This document shows, piece by piece, positions 1 through 11,600 of a DNA stretch of 64,000 nt. The position numbers and the translations under genes are program-made. Each line of letters starts with the position of its first letter. The first letter of the stretch is position 1. Below the pieces are notes generated by a model. That model did not search any database, was not told where the DNA came from, and saw only the letters and a program-made list of their open reading frames with translations. Origin of the DNA: Cenococcum geophilum (taxonomy: Eukaryota); contig CP158636.1 in NCBI GenBank assembly GCA_050273025.1, positions 12,586,001-12,650,000 on the forward strand, written 5' to 3'.

Positions 1-445
1 CTATATAAAGCTCTACACGAAGCTTTGCGCAAGGCTCTATATAAAGCTCTACACAAAGCTTTGCACAAGGCTCTGTATAAGGCTCTATACAAAGCTCTAT
101 ACAAAGCTCTACACGGAGCTCTATACGAAGCTCTACGTATAGAGGCTCTATACAAGGCTCTACATAAAGCTCTATATAAGGCTCTATATGAAGCTTTATA
201 CAAAGCTTTATACGAAGCTCTATATAAAGCTCTATACGAAGCTCTACACGAAGCTCTATATAAAGCTTTACACGAGGCTCTATACGAGGCTCTATACAAA
301 GCTTTACGTATAGAGGCTCTATATAAGGCTCTATATAAAGCTCTACACGAGGCTTTGTATAAAACTCTATATAAGGCTCTACACAAAGCTCTATACAAAG
401 CTCTGCATAAAGCTCTATATAAAGCTCTACATAAAGCCTTTATAT
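1..445. repeat. 12-bp tandem array (consensus about AAAGCTCTAYAY), RIP-mutated
   Basis: Period 12 is visible; it produces the spurious (KALY/EALH)n ORF 25..513. Confidence 0.95.
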
Positions 446-615
446 ATACGCGCGACACACTACTATTAGGTCCCCGCTATATTCTTAATAGCCTCTACAC
501 GTACCTCTGCTAAGTATACCCCTTATCTATATACCTAGGTAGCCACCTTATTTTTTACCCTTCCTTCCTTATATCCTCTCTACCTAGGGAGGCACCAGAA
601 CGGCAGCCAGCTAAG

Positions 616-750
616 GACCGTCGCCAGAACCAGACGACCGCCGACCGTTGCCAAAACTAGATAACTGTCGACCGTCGCCAAAACCAGACAACTGTCGACC
701 GTCGCTAGAACTAAACAACCGTCAACCGTCACTAGAGCCAGACGACTACT
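616..750. repeat. 20-bp minisatellite, about 6 units (ACCGTCGCCAGAACCAGACG-like)
   Basis: Reverse complement of the 6135-7072 array unit. Confidence 0.85.
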
Positions 751-863
751 ATTTAAATATACAGCTAGCGAACGGCCGTAGAGAACGATTTGAATTAATA
801 CGATTAATTGATCAATTAAATTAGGCGGAGCCTTCAATTAGGCCGACCTTTCCCCTAAATTAC

Positions 864-1121
864 AGATAGGTAGGTATAGACAGTAGCATAGATAGGAGGC
901 ATAGACGGTAGGTATAGACGGTAGGTATAGACAGGTAGGTATAGACAGGTAGCATAGATAGGTAGGTATAGATAGGTAGGCACAGACAGTAGGCATAGAT
1001 AGGTAGGCATAGATAGTAGGCATAGATAGTAGGTATAGGTAGGTAGGTATAGGTAGGTATAGACAGACAGATAGATAGATAGGTAGGTAGGTAGGTAGGC
1101 AGGCAGGTAGGCAGGCAGGCA
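864..1121. repeat. Compound (TAGG/TAGA/CAGG)n microsatellite
   Basis: Seen directly; inverse counterpart at 5927-6065. Confidence 0.9.
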
Positions 1122-1949
1122 CTAGGCCTAGTTAGGAAATCGGTATATAGCTAGCAAATCGTTAGGAATACCGCTAATTAATAATTTAGAGCCTTTATAA
1201 AGGGTATCCCCCTTATCTTAATTACTTAATAAATAGCTCTATATTTTATATAGTTATATAGGAATATAAAATATGTAAAATATAAAATGTATAAAATGTG
1301 TAAAATGTGCAAAATATATAAAATATATAAAATATACAAAACGTATAAAATATATAGGCTCTACGCATTTGCTGCAAGTTGCTATAAAATACGCAGGCTC
1401 TGTGTAGTTTGCTATAAGTTACTGCAAAATATATAGGCTCTGTGCAGTTTACCGCAAAATACGCAAACCGCATAAGACTATATACGACTGCCGCGACCGT
1501 ACAGTTTGCCGCAAATTGCCGCAAACTGCAACAACGAGCCCGAAAAAAAATTTCCTGATGTAAATAGTATTACTAAGTATTTAAATAATCTATACTGGGT
1601 ACGGAAAGCGGTAAGCTATTTATCTCCATTTTTATTTATTTATATCCGTTATATTATACTACGTATAATACTATACATGTAGCCTCTAGGCTATAGCGCT
1701 ATAGTTTTATATATATAAATCCTTTCTAGGCAGCTTAATATGTACTAGTAGCTATATCCTAATAGTTTATAAACCCCTAAGGGTTTATAGCTCCTTAGTA
1801 AGATACTAAGTTACTATAACTACTAGGGAATGAGAAAACGGTAGGAAAAACTATAGGAAATCCTAATATCTATTCCTATCCTTTTACAATTTGCTTCTAT
1901 CCCTTTACTCTCTAATATTGTTTTATTAAAGGCCTAATAGGCTTCTAGG

Positions 1950-3150
1950 ATCTTGTTTTTATTCTTCTATAGAATCTTCTAAGCTAGTATCTACTAGTTT
2001 AGCTGCTTTAAGAGTCTTGCAGTCTTTACTATTAGTAAAGTGTTTTCCCTTACAATTAATGCAAAGAGGGGTAGTGTGCTTGCAAGCCTTACCTATTATT
2101 AAACAGGTAGGACAGTAGTGGTCTTTAGATAAATGTGCAGCCGTATAAAATCTATAGGCCCTAGTAGAGCATCTATCTCCTATATGGCTAAATTTTTGGC
2201 AGCTAGTACACTGCGTAGTAGGAGAGACTTCTAGGTATTTTACTACCTTAGTAGCTATACCCGTAATTAGAATCTCTTTTTATTTAAGGATTTCTTATCT
2301 TTTCTCCTTATTCTCTATAGTAAAGACTATAGAGCTAAATCTGGTCTATGGATTGTGTCTTTTTTTACTAGATAAGATCCATCTAGGTAATCCTTATATC
2401 CCTATAGGATTAAAGGTCTTAATTTCTTCTTTTAGAAGCTTAGAGCCTCCTTCTCCTAGGAAAGGTAGGGTAGGAACCCTATAGGCTATAATTTAAACCT
2501 AAGGTTTTAGTTTTAGTTCTACTTACAGTTTTAATGCAAATAGTTAATTGACTTTGTTTTATATAGAGAAGGTATTAGGGGTTAGTCCTTTTGGTCTGTA
2601 ATAAGGACTAGCTTCCTTTCTTATAGCTGCTTTTTTTTACTTCTAGTAGAAGTAGAAGGGGTAGGAGATGGTATTAGTAAGGAGGGTAGGGGGGATAAGG
2701 AAGGGAGGTTCTTCTTTAGTCTCTCTGCGTAGGTTTTCTTAGTAGGAGTTACCTCCTTACGGAGAGCTTTTACTTCTTCAACTAATCCTTGTAGGATATC
2801 TTTTGCCTTTCTTTTCCTTTTATAAAGGGATTTTCTCCTACTAAAATACTCCGTGTATAGTCCTCTAGCTATTTAACTTATTCTTTTTCTTCTTCGTTTT
2901 TTTCTTCTTCTAGCCTTTTATAAGCCTGTATTAGGCTTTCTAGGGCCTTTTATAGGTATTATTTAGGAGAAAGGAGAGGGAAAGATATACTAGGTATACC
3001 AGCCGTAAAAGTTATTAGTTTTTTTTTTAAAATCTTTTTTATAGGTTTTTAGTTTTCTTTTTTAGTAGAAGACTAAGGATGTCCTCTTTTTTCTCCTGTC
3101 CTAAATAGGCTAGGAGAAGGAGAAGGGGTAGAAAAAGTGAATATAGTCGT
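1950..3150 (-). pseudogene. LINE (Tad-like) ORF1 gag-like nucleic-acid-binding protein with Cys/His knuckles, RIP-inactivated
   Basis: Minus-strand translation around 2020-2500 reads ...VPTLPFLGEGGSKLLKEEIKTFNP...LPRWILS...VVKYLEVSPTTQCTSCQKFSH...HLSKDHYCPTC...GKACKHTTPLCINCKGKHF.NSKDC. Start position is uncertain. Confidence 0.75.
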
Positions 3151-5926
3151 GGACTTATTATCACTTATTTTTATATATTTGTATTAATTTAATAATACAA
3201 TTGAGTTATATCTAGGGGCATGAAATACGTATAGTATTATATACTCTTTTGGATAAATAGTAACTCTTAATTCTATTAAGGTAGACTACATAGTTTATAT
3301 ACTAACGCGCCTCCCCCTAATTAGTTAGCACTTGAGTAGTTAGTGCACCAAACGCGTAACTACGCGTTTGGTATACTATGTGCTATAATTATATACTAGC
3401 GGTACTTAAAAATGACTCGCTTGTATCTAACCTCCGTAATTGCTTTAATAGAGCCGTAAAACACAAAAGAAATACATAGGAAATCCCTCCCGAGGTGCCT
3501 TCTGGACTGCCTTCTAAACGGTGCTCTAAGCTAGTTATAAGTCCTACTTATAGTCCGTAAAATAAACCGTACGGCCTTTTAACGGGCCGTAAATAAGCTA
3601 TACGGCTTTTTGATAGGCCGTAAATAAACCACAAGTACTTTATTAGTCTCGTTCCACCCATTCTATAACCTTTAGGTTAAGCTTATTTATATTAATTAGG
3701 GTTTTAAGAGCTTAGTACGGCTTTGCCTTAGTTATAGCGTCTACTAGGTTATCTTTACTGCTGATCTATTTAACCTTCGTAATCTTACGTCGTTTATAGG
3801 CCTAACGTAAGCATATTAAGTCGACTATAAGCCTCTTCTTTTATGTCATACTTAGTTTAACTAGGCAGTTATAGAGGGACTTTAAATTGGTGTATAAAAC
3901 TAGGGGTAACTGCTCTAATTATAGGATCTTCTGAATTATTAATTTAATTACGGCTGCTATATTAAAGCCATAAGCTAGTATATATAGTTTAGAAGCTAGT
4001 ACACTACGGGTTACTTATTTGCATTTAATTAAAGACTAATATAGTATATTTGCGTCCTAATTATAGTCCGTAAGTATAATTATAAAGCCAATTTGCGATA
4101 ATAGGTCCCTGTTATTAGTAAAGGAGGCGTCTATAAATACTAGTATACTAAGGGAATTTAGGTCTAGTAGTACAAAAGTAAGTCCTCTTATTGCATTGTT
4201 AATTTGCCACTAAATACGCTTATTTAGCTGCTTAATATTTTCCTCTTACGGATCTGTTACCTGGGCCATAAAGGATAAATTATAGGCAGATTTGGGTTAA
4301 CAGACTGTGGTAATATAGGCGCCTCTTATACGCTATACAACGCATTAGTTCTTTATATTTATAGTTTTATAGGTCTCTTCGCGGGAACTAGTGAGGTTTA
4401 TAGGCTTTGCTATAATAAGCCTTAGGTTTTAAGCTTGGCATTCCTAAGTTAGCTAAATTAGGTTACCCTTTTATATAATTAAGCCTCTATTAAACTTAAT
4501 TAGAGTCTACTTAGTTAACTACTCTTATGGCTTTACTAAGAACTTTACCTCTTATAGTTTAGTCTCTTTAGCGTCCGTAAAAGCCTAGTTTACTAGAAAG
4601 AGGGTATTATTTGTTTAGAGTCTAACGATATTAAGGCCGTTTAATGGGGTATATAGGAGGTAGGGGTCGTCGGTTAACTATTCTATTTTGAGTTTACTAA
4701 CGTAATACTAGTGATATGTTTTAAACCAGTGGTTTCTAGCTTCCGGCACTCTATAAAGTAGTTTTATAACCTATAAAATTATTCCTAGTTATAGGTTAAG
4801 CTCATAGGGTGGTCGTATAAAGATATCCCTACTTAGGTAGGTATTAGACTATATATAGGCTTGCGAGATATCTTATAAGTAGAGGGCTACGGGTTTGGTT
4901 TGCTATAGTCTAGGCGTAAATACAAGTATAATCCGTTAACTAACTCGTTAAATTATAGGCGATTATGTAAGAACTAGGTTCTTTCCCTAGTCGTTATAGG
5001 CTTATATAATAAGCCTTAATTTCTTAAAGGCTTTATTAGTACTAGAGTGCTTAATCTTATTAATAAAGCGTAAGTTAAATATACGGACACCTTACAGAAC
5101 GTCTTTCTCCGTTATAACCGTAAAGACGCCCTTTTTAAGTAGTCTATTAATCTCTTTACGTTGTAAGTTTATAAAAGGGGTTTTCTATACTAGAACTAAT
5201 ATATTTATAGGCGGAGGTTGCCTTACGGATGTACCTATAGAGGTTAGGTAGCTCTCTATTACGGGGTACTTTTAGGGGCGTCCTCGGCTACGCTTTATAG
5301 CAGATTTAGTAGGTTTAGTGGGTTTATAGGGGACTTTTAGAGTAGGTAGGGGTGCTTCTAGTTCGTTTGGTTTAGCAGGTACTTCCGGTTTATCTGGTTT
5401 AACGTTATAGGTATTTTTAGACCGAAAATAGGGTTTTATAGACGTGCTTTTAAAGCTACATCAGGAATTTTTTTTTTAGGCGTATTGTTGCAGTTTGCGG
5501 CAAGTTGCGCAAACTGTACAATCGCGGCAGTGGTATATGGTCGTTAGCGGTTTGTACGTTTTACGGCAACCTGCGCAGAGCTGCGCAGAGCCTGTGCGTT
5601 TTGCAGCAACCTGCGCAGAGCTACGCAGAGCCTACGGCACCTCGCGCAGAGCCTGTGCGTTTTACAGCACCTCGCGTAGAGCCTATGCGTTTCGCACGTT
5701 TTATACATTTCGCACATTTCGCACGTTTTGCAACAAAAAAACACCTTAATAAATATTTTCTAAATTTATTAAATAATTATATATTTTCATAGATTGCTAT
5801 AATATACTTTTAAATATATTTATATTATAACTATATAAAATATAGAGCTATCTACTTAGGTAAAGGGAAAGCCTCTTATAGAGGCTCCAAATCGTTAATT
5901 AACGGTATTCCTAACAATCTGCTAAG

Positions 5927-6065
5927 GCCTACCTACCTACCTACTTACCTGCCTGCCTACCTACCTATCTACCTACCTACCTACCTGCCTGCCTACCTGC
6001 CTACCTATTTATCTGTCTGTCTATCTGTCTATCTATCTATCTATTTATCTATACCTACCTGTCTA
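5927..6065. repeat. (CCTA/CCTG/TCTA)n compound microsatellite
   Basis: Seen directly. Confidence 0.9.
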
Positions 6066-6134
6066 TATTACCTTGATTTAATCTATCAATTAAATCGTTT
6101 ATAGTGTTCGCTGGCTGGTTGTTTAAACGGTTGT

Positions 6135-7072
6135 TGTCTGGCTCTAGCAGCGGTCGTATGGCTCTGGCGAGGTCGTGTAGCTCTGGCGACGGTTGTGTGG
6201 TTCTGGCGACGGTTATCTGGCTTTAACGACGGTTATCTAGCTCTGACGACGGTCGTCTGGTTCTGGCGACGGTCATCTGGTTCTGGCGACGGTGACGGTT
6301 GTCTAGTTCTGGCGACGGTCGTCTAGTCGTCTAGTTCTGGCGACGGTCGACGGTCGTCTGGTTCTGGCAACGGTCGTCTGGCTCCGGCGACGGTCGTCTG
6401 GCTCTGGCGACGGTTGACGGTCGTCTGGTTCTGGCGACGGTCGTCTAGCTCCGGCGACGGTCGTCTGGCTCTAACGACGGTCGTCTGGCTCTGGCGATGG
6501 TCGACGGTCGTCTGGCTCCGGCGACGGTCGTCTGGCTCTGGCTCTGGCGACGGTCGTCTGGTTCTGGCGACGGTCGTCTGGTCGTCTGGCTCCGGCGACG
6601 GTCGTCTGGCTCTGACGACGGTCGTCTGGCTCTGGCGATGGTCGACGGTCGTCTGGCTCTGGCGATGGTCGACGGTCGTCTGGCTCCGGCGACGGTCGTC
6701 TGGCTCTGGCTCTGGCGACGGTCGTCTGGTTCTGGCGACGGTTGTCTGGTTCTGGCGACGGTCGTCTGGTCGTCTGGTTCTGGCGACGGTCGTTTGGCTC
6801 CGGCGACGGTCGTCTGGCTCTGACGACGGTCGTCTGGCTCTGGCGATGGTCGACGGTCGTCTGGCTCCGGCGACGGTCGTCTGGCTCTGGCGACGGTCGA
6901 CGGTCGTCTGGTTCTGGCGACGGTCGTCTGGCTCCGGCGACGGTCGTCTGACTCCGGCGACGGTCGTCTGGCTCTGACGACGGTCGTCTGGCTCTGGCGA
7001 CGGTCGACGGTCGTCTGGTTCTGGCGACGGTCGTCTGGTTCTGGCGACGGTCGTCTGGTTCTGGCGACGGTC
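6135..7072. repeat. GC-rich 20-bp minisatellite CTGGCGACGGTCGTCTGGYT with interspersed 6-7-bp partial units, roughly 40 units
   Basis: Exact period 20 at 7021-7070. The 20-aa periodic ORFs in three frames follow from this period. Confidence 0.95.
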
Positions 7073-7209
7073 CTCAGCTGGCTGCCGTTCTGGTGCCTCC
7101 CTAGGTAGGGAGGATGTAAGGAAGGAAGGGTAAAAAATAAGGTGGCTACCTAGGTGTATGTGTAGAGGCTATCGGGAATATAGCGGGGACCCGATAGTAA
7201 TGTATCATG

Positions 7210-8393
7210 CGGAGCTTTGTGCAGAGCCTCCGTACGCAAAGCTTCGCGCAGAGCCTCGTGCAGAGCCTCCGTACGTAGAGCTTTGTGTAGAGCTTCGTAT
7301 AGAGCTTTATGGAGAGCTTTCGAGTAGAGCTTCGTGCAGAGCCTCTGTACGCAGAGCTTCGTGTAAAGCCTCGTGTAGAGCCTTGTGTAAAGCTTCGTGC
7401 AGAGCTTCGTGCAGAGCTTTAAGCAGAGCTTCGCGTAGAGCTTCGAGCAGAGCCTCGTGTAGGCTTTGAGCAGAGCTTTAAGTAGAGCTTTGTGTAGAGC
7501 TTCGAGCAGAGCTTTGTGTAGAGCTTTGAGTGGAGCTTCGTGCAAAGCTTTGTGTAGAGCTTTGTGTAAAGCTTTGAGCGGAGCTTTGTGTAGAGCTTCG
7601 AGCGGAGCTTCGTGTAGAGCTTCGTGCGGAGCTTCGTGCGGAGCTTTGTGTAGAGCTTCGAGCAGAGCTTTAAGCAGAGCTTCGTGCGGAGCTTTGTGTA
7701 GAGCTTCGAGCAGAGCTTCGAGCAGAGCTTCGAGCAGAGCTTTGAGCAGAGCTTCGAGCAGAGCTTTGTGTAGAGCTTCGAGCAGAGCTTTGTGTAGAGC
7801 TTCGAGCAGAGCTTTGTGTAGAGCTTCGAGCAGAGCTTTGTGTAGAGCTTCGAGCAGAGCTTTGTGTAGAGCTTTGAGCAGAGCTTTGTATAGAGCTTCG
7901 AGCGGAGCTTCGTGCAAAGCTTCGTGTAGAGCTTCGTGTAAAGCTTTGAGCGGAGCTTTGCGCAGAGCTTCGAGCGGAGCTTTGTGTAGAGCTTCGTGCG
8001 GAGCTTTGTGCGGAGCTTTGTGCAGAGCTTTGAGTAGAGCTTCGTGTAGAGCTTTGTGTAGAGCTTTGTGTAGAGCTTCGAGCAGAGCTTCGAGCAGAGC
8101 TTTATGTAGAGCTTCGTGTAGAGCTTCGTGTAGAGCTTCGAGCAGAGCTTTGAGCAGAGCTTTATGTAGAGCTTCGAGCAGAGCTTCGTGTAAAGCTTCG
8201 TGTAGAGTTTTGTGTAGAGCTTCGTGCAGAGCTTCGTGTAGAGCTTCGTATAGAGCTTTGAGCAGAGCTTCGAGCAGAGCTTTATATAGAGCTTCGAGCA
8301 GAGCTTCGTGTAAAGCTTTGTGCAGAACCTTGTGTAGAGCTTCGTGTAGAGCCTCGTGTAGAGCTTCGTGCAGAGCTTTATGTAGAGCTTTGT
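7210..8393. repeat. 12-bp minisatellite AGAGCTTYGWGY, roughly 95-100 units
   Basis: Variants AGAGCTTTGTGT, AGAGCTTCGAGC and AGAGCTTCGTGT alternate; 24-bp higher-order runs occur near 7760-7870. Confidence 0.95.
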
Positions 8394-8401
8394 GGTTATA
8401 G

Positions 8402-8656
8402 TATTAGGATTTTTTTTAGGCGCGTTATTGCAGCTAAAAATTAGGGTCTGCAAAACCTGTATAAGCCGCGATTTCAGTAATTTATAGTAATTTGCACGAG
8501 TAGCCTGTATATTTGTAGTAATTTGTAGTAATTTGCACGAGTAGCCTATGTGTTTGTAGCAAATTGCCGTAAGTTGCCGCAAATCGCTAAAATCGCGACT
8601 TACGCAGACCCTGATTTTCGCTTGCGACAACGTGCCTAAAAAAAAATTTCCTGATG
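8402..8656. mobile_element. MITE-like ~255-bp unit forming the right end of the TIR element
   Basis: 8402-8480 (TATTAGGATTTTTTTTAGGCGCGTT...AAAATTAGGGTCTGC...CGCGATTT) is an imperfect inverted repeat of 8580-8656. Confidence 0.7.
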
Positions 8657-11600
8657 TAGTTGGTCCGCTAGGAAGTTATACGTAGTATGTTTTATCTTCT
8701 ATAGCTAGTAAACAATAAGGTCCTGTTTAATTGCCATTCTTACGCTATATAAGGACTTTAGAATTAAGCGGTAGGTTATATACTAAGGTTATATTAGGTC
8801 CGTTATAGTAGTATAGAGCGTTATTAACAGTTTGTTTTACCTATAATTTAACTATTTTAGCTATTACCTTCCGTATTATAGCTGCTAAATCTATAATAAA
8901 TGGGGCAGGAGGGTCTAGTTTGCCTATTCTTAGGTAGGCTCTATAAACTAAGAGGGTAGGTACTAGCCCGTTAGGGCTAGTAGTGTTATTAACGGCTTTT
9001 ACGGCCATCTGTAAAGCTAGTTCCTTTTAGATATCCTTATACTTGTCTGTAATAATCTAATAAGCTCTTTATAAAGCTAGGTAAGCTCGCTTAATAAGCC
9101 TAATAGACTAGTACGCCTTAACTAAAACGGCTTTTATTAAAATAGCCATAGCCATAGCGTACTATTGGAATTCCTTACTAATAAAGTTCTTACTAGCGTT
9201 GTGGGTAATATACTTAGGAGGTCTAAGGTATATATTAATCTAGTAGGTCTATAAAATATCCTAAGTATATTTTATAAATATATTTTACAACTAACGGGCG
9301 GCTTAATAGTGGGTTGCCTTATTAATTATATATAATACTAGGCTGCCGTTAATATACATAATGTCTACGTACACTAAGTGGTTAAAATTAAGATCCTTAT
9401 AAAGGGTAAACTTAAATCGGCCTAGGGAACGTCCGTATTTCTAGTAAAAGGAGCAGTATTTAGTTAGGTAGTTAATTGCCTTTTTATTAACGTTGTTATA
9501 TCTAGAGCGTTTAAGGACTCTATATAGCTTTTCGGCTAATAAGTAGCCAAAACAGTGGTATAGGCGGTAAATTTTAGTACTAGTAAGGTAGTATAGGTTA
9601 TAGTTAAAAGATTCCTAAATATAGGTCTATAAAGTCTCTCCCTATATAAGGAACGGGTGTCTAAATTGTTATATAATTAGTAGGGCAATATACTTACTTC
9701 CTAGGGCAGTTATAGGGCTAATTAAGGTGTCCGTAACGTTATTATAGTAAACCTATAACCTATCTATATTTGTAAGGTAGAGTAGAAAAGGTATATCCGC
9801 TTTTACTATATAGAAGTTAACTAGGCTAATTAGAGTTTTAACTTTAACTAATCTAATTAATGCGGTTAAGCTAATACTGAATTAGATGTTTACGGCCCTA
9901 GTTTGCATAGTATTAATATCCGTATTGTCGTTTATAGTGGTCTTATATATAAGGTATTGTCTATAACCTATAGTAGACTTCTTAAAGGTACCTATATTAA
10001 TTATAACGCCGTAGAATTCTTTAGGGGTATAGTGTTCTGTAGTAATATATGCAAATAGGTCCTATTTACGGTCTATAACGTCCGTAATGGGTCTAATAGG
10101 TATACTTATAGGCTAGTTCTCGGGTGCAATTAAGTGTACGAAGGAGCGGTTAGCTAATACGGTTGTAATATTAAAGGCTTAGCCGTCCGTAAAAGGTCTA
10201 AAGGTAGTTAATAATATCTTTAAGGTCTTTTATTCCTAAATATCTAAGTTAAAGTTAATTATAAGGGCTTCTATTAACTTGTTAAGAGACTCCTCTACTT
10301 CCTTTCCTTTATAGTCTAAGATAAACTAGTTAATCCAATTATTAAATCTCTTCTTAGACTTATTACGTTCTTTCTAGGTATGCCTTATAGACTAATATTC
10401 TTCCTTACCGCACATAAAACACTTCTAGCTAGTTTATCTGTGGGGGTATACTTTTATACGGGAGTTACTATAGGGGTTATAGGTAGGACTTGGTCGGTAT
10501 AGGTACTGCTAGCAGTAGCGGCGGTCCGTAAAGTAGGCATCTAAGTTAGTTTATAGGTTTTATAGGTCTGTAATAAAGGCTTAAGTACTACCTAACGGGT
10601 TTAAAACTTTATATATTGCAATAGAGGACCGTAAATTGTTAATAAGGCCAGCTATAGTATCTGCGGGCTTATAATAGGCGTATTTATAGGGTTTTACTTC
10701 CTAGTAAGCTGTAATAAGCTTATTATATAGGAAGTCATCTATTTAAAGCTTAATATTAAGGCTGTGCTATAGGTGCTAAAGGTCTTTAATAAGAATTTGC
10801 AGGCACTCTATAGTTAATTTTTTGGTATTCTTGTTAATTACGGTCCGTAACTTAGTTGCATTCTATTAGGTAAGGATATTACGCTTATATTCTAGCCCTT
10901 TAAAGTAGTTACGTATAGCTTTATATAGCTTATTAAAGAGAACACTAAGGGGGTTGCTCTTAAGGTTAGTGTAGTAGTAGTTAAGGGCTAGGCCGCGCAG
11001 TATAGTGGAATAAGCTTAGCTAAATTCCTATTTAGGAATATTAGCCTTCCAATAGAGGTCCGTAAAGATAGTAAGTTTAAAGTTAAATTTATCGTTTTTA
11101 CCGCTATACTTGGATTCGTTAGTATAGAGCTTAGCTAAGTTAGCTAGCTCCTTACCATAGGTCTTTACTTAAGTAAGTTGCGGATTTATAACTTAGGTAG
11201 GTTATAGATCTATAGCTTAGGCGACGGAAGGGTTTTAGTCCGTATTTTAGTTTACGGGGGTATTATGGTCCGTAACTTAAGTACTAGGTATGCTTTAGCC
11301 CATAAGATTAATTCTAAAATTACTTAGGTTTATAAAACGAATTTAGTTAAGTAGGTTAGGTATAAGGCTAGTAATGCTATTAAGTTTAGGAGAAGTAAAG
11401 AGTTTATTAATGGCTTTAACCTAGTCTAGGATTTCCTCTTTAGTCCATTCTATTTAGTCCTCCTCCTATATTATATTATATAAGGACCATATAACAGTAA
11501 CTCGTTTATTCTTTTTAACCTATATACCTTAGTAACGTAAAAGGGTTTATAGGTTATAGATAGCAGTAGGGTTGCAAGCCTTAAGAATAGCTTCCATAAA

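Larger units (their letters stand above)
1..1560 (-). mobile_element. Partial copy of a non-autonomous TIR element filled with tandem arrays (copy 1, runs off the window start)
   Basis: Reverse-complement homolog of 5459 to beyond 7200, with the same module order. Ends AAAAAAAATTTCCTGATG followed by TA (1561-1562). Inserted in the RT region of the host gypsy. Confidence 0.85.
5459..8656 (+). mobile_element. Complete 3198-bp non-autonomous TIR element composed of tandem arrays (copy 2)
   Basis: TIR CATCAGGAATTTTTTTTTTAGGC / GCCTAAAAAAAAATTTCCTGATG, with TA on both sides (5457-5458, 8657-8658). Removing it plus one TA restores the copia frame LPSGPT-SFKSTSIKPYF. Confidence 0.9.

Noticed and set aside
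864..1121. (TAGG)n as a telomeric tract, and ORF 838..1122
   Set aside because: Not TTAGGG; it is an internal module of the TIR element. The ORF is a microsatellite translation.
6135..7072. CRISPR-like appearance and ORFs 6414..6977, 6497..6823, 6742..6951
   Set aside because: Units are head-to-tail with no unique spacers, there are no cas genes, and the context is eukaryotic. The ORFs are translations of the 20-bp repeat.
7150..8630. Long ORFs of 255-403 aa ((EALH/KALL)n, (KLYT/KLCS)n, (RASC/RALC)n) and the similar ORF 25..513
   Set aside because: Several frames on both strands are open because the 12-bp unit lacks stops; variation is not codon-structured, so they are treated as repeat artefacts.
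1..8656. A single giant inverted repeat or foldback element enclosing 1561-5458
   Set aside because: The two arms are separate insertions in different hosts (gypsy D RT and copia IN-RT linker); copy 2 has both of its own TIRs and a TSD.
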